In this document: positions 62,991 through 64,000 of the stretch, piece after piece
Position numbering within the stretch: the stretch's first letter is position 1
Layout of the letters: every line of letters begins with the position of its first letter
Assembly (NCBI GenBank): GCA_963841365.1
Contig: CAWJDG010000032.1
Coordinates: 25,339-89,338, forward strand
Direction: 5' to 3'
Length of the DNA: 64,000 bases
Source: an uncultured Acidobacteriaceae bacterium
GTDB lineage: Bacteria > Acidobacteriota > Terriglobia > Terriglobales > Acidobacteriaceae
Translations under genes and position numbers: made by a program
The notes under the pieces: generated by a model
The model's database searches: none
What the model was told of the DNA's origin: nothing
What the model saw: the letters and a program-made list of their open reading frames with translations, nothing else

Positions 62991-64000
62991 ATGTCCAGTG
63001 AATCTTCGCCGACCGCCGATCTACGGAACCAAACTGAGGTCTTCGCCGTCCATGGCGCCGACCCTGAGATCCTCGCTTTCGCCATGGCCAAGTACTCCCG
63101 CTCCTCGCTCTCCATGCGGGAGTCGCTCACTGAAATCAGCTCCCAGCGAGCCGAGCAGTTCCTCAACACCTTTTATTTTCAATACGGCCACCGCTCCATC
63201 GCCGACCTCGCCCACATCGCCTTCGCCGTCGAGCGCCTCTCGCTGCTCGCCGCCATCGTCCTCGTCGACGAGCCCCGATGGGACGGCCAGGAACGCTCTA
63301 CCCGCTACCAGAACTTCCTCAAATCCGGCTGGTATCTCCCCGATTTCGGCGCCGACACCGCCTCCGCCGAGCTTTATTCCCAGACCATCGAAAGCCTCTT
63401 CGCCGCCTACCAGCGCGTCAGCGCCGCCGTCCTCGATCTACTCCGCAGCCGTATCGCCCGCCCTGAAGCCCTCAAACCCGAAGCCTACGAGCGCACCCTC
63501 CGCGCCCGCGCCTTCGACGTTGCCCGCTACCTGCTGCCCCTCGCCACCAACACCTCCCTCGGCCAGATTGTCAGCGCCCGCACTCTTGAAACCCAGGTCT
63601 CGCGCCTGCTCTCTCATCCCGCCGCCGAAATCCGCCTGCTGGGCGCCAAACTCCGCGAAGCTGCCACCACCCCCGCCTGGGACATCAACGCCCAGGCGGC
63701 CCGTGCCTTCATCGCCAAACTCACCGTGCTCAATGACGACTCCGCGCCCAGCCTCGCCGCCGAAGCCGCCGCCCTCTTCACTCGCGACATCCGCACCGCT
63801 CCCACGCTCGTCAAATACGCCCAGCCCAACCCCTACCTCACGCAATCCCAAGCCGAGCTCGCCCAGGCCGCGGCTGAAGTCCTCGCCAACCACCCAATCG
63901 ACACCGCCCCGCTCGTTGATTTAATTGAGCGCACCGAATCCCTCGAAGTCGAGCTCGCCGCAACGCTCCTCTACTCCGCCAGCCACCACCCCTACCGCCA
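62991..64000 (+). CDS. thyX: FAD-dependent thymidylate synthase ThyX-like (long form), runs off the window
   Basis: Manual translation: AKYSRS, YFQYGHRSIADLAH, QERSTRY, ARYLLPLATNT. Confidence 0.8.
   Translation, partial: MSSESSPTADLRNQTEVFAVHGADPEILAFAMAKYSRSSLSMRESLTEISSQRAEQFLNTFYFQYGHRSIADLAHIAFAVERLSLLAAIVLVDEPRWDGQERSTRYQNFLKSGWYLPDFGADTASAELYSQTIESLFAAYQRVSAAVLDLLRSRIARPEALKPEAYERTLRARAFDVARYLLPLATNTSLGQIVSARTLETQVSRLLSHPAAEIRLLGAKLREAATTPAWDINAQAARAFIAKLTVLNDDSAPSLAAEAAALFTRDIRTAPTLVKYAQPNPYLTQSQAELAQAAAEVLANHPIDTAPLVDLIERTESLEVELAATLLYSASHHPYR

Noticed and set aside
1-64000. tRNA, rRNA, IS or prophage
   Set aside because: No cloverleaf, rRNA signature, transposase, integrase or phage gene recognised by eye; tRNAscan-SE and cmscan would confirm.

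Overview
GC-rich bacterial chromosomal window, most likely Acidobacteriota (TIGR03435-type protein, BlaI plus M56-TonB pair, fused LptF/G, tandem small outer-membrane beta-barrels). It holds about 55 mostly housekeeping or metabolic genes: membrane-anchored trehalose-6-P synthase, mlaEF, sdaA, rsmE, MIP channel, trpB2, hypCDE, copZA, lptFG, uxuA/kduD, AAA+/VWA pair, glk/pgl, TolC, GH97, fabG and thyX-like. No rRNA, tRNA, CRISPR array or transposase was seen. Five genes carry single-base frameshifts that look like read or assembly errors. The most striking feature is a gene-free region at about 38370-39237. It has its own promoter and terminator, 5'/3' end pairing and a ~49-nt periodic series of GNRA-capped hairpins with compensatory changes, so it is a candidate ~830-nt modular non-coding RNA. 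Other notable items are an unannotated 26-aa histone-H1-like peptide gene, paired operator palindromes at blaI, Crp/Fnr-type boxes before redox-related genes, recombinase-site-like palindromes upstream of hypC, and REP-like and heptamer repeats.
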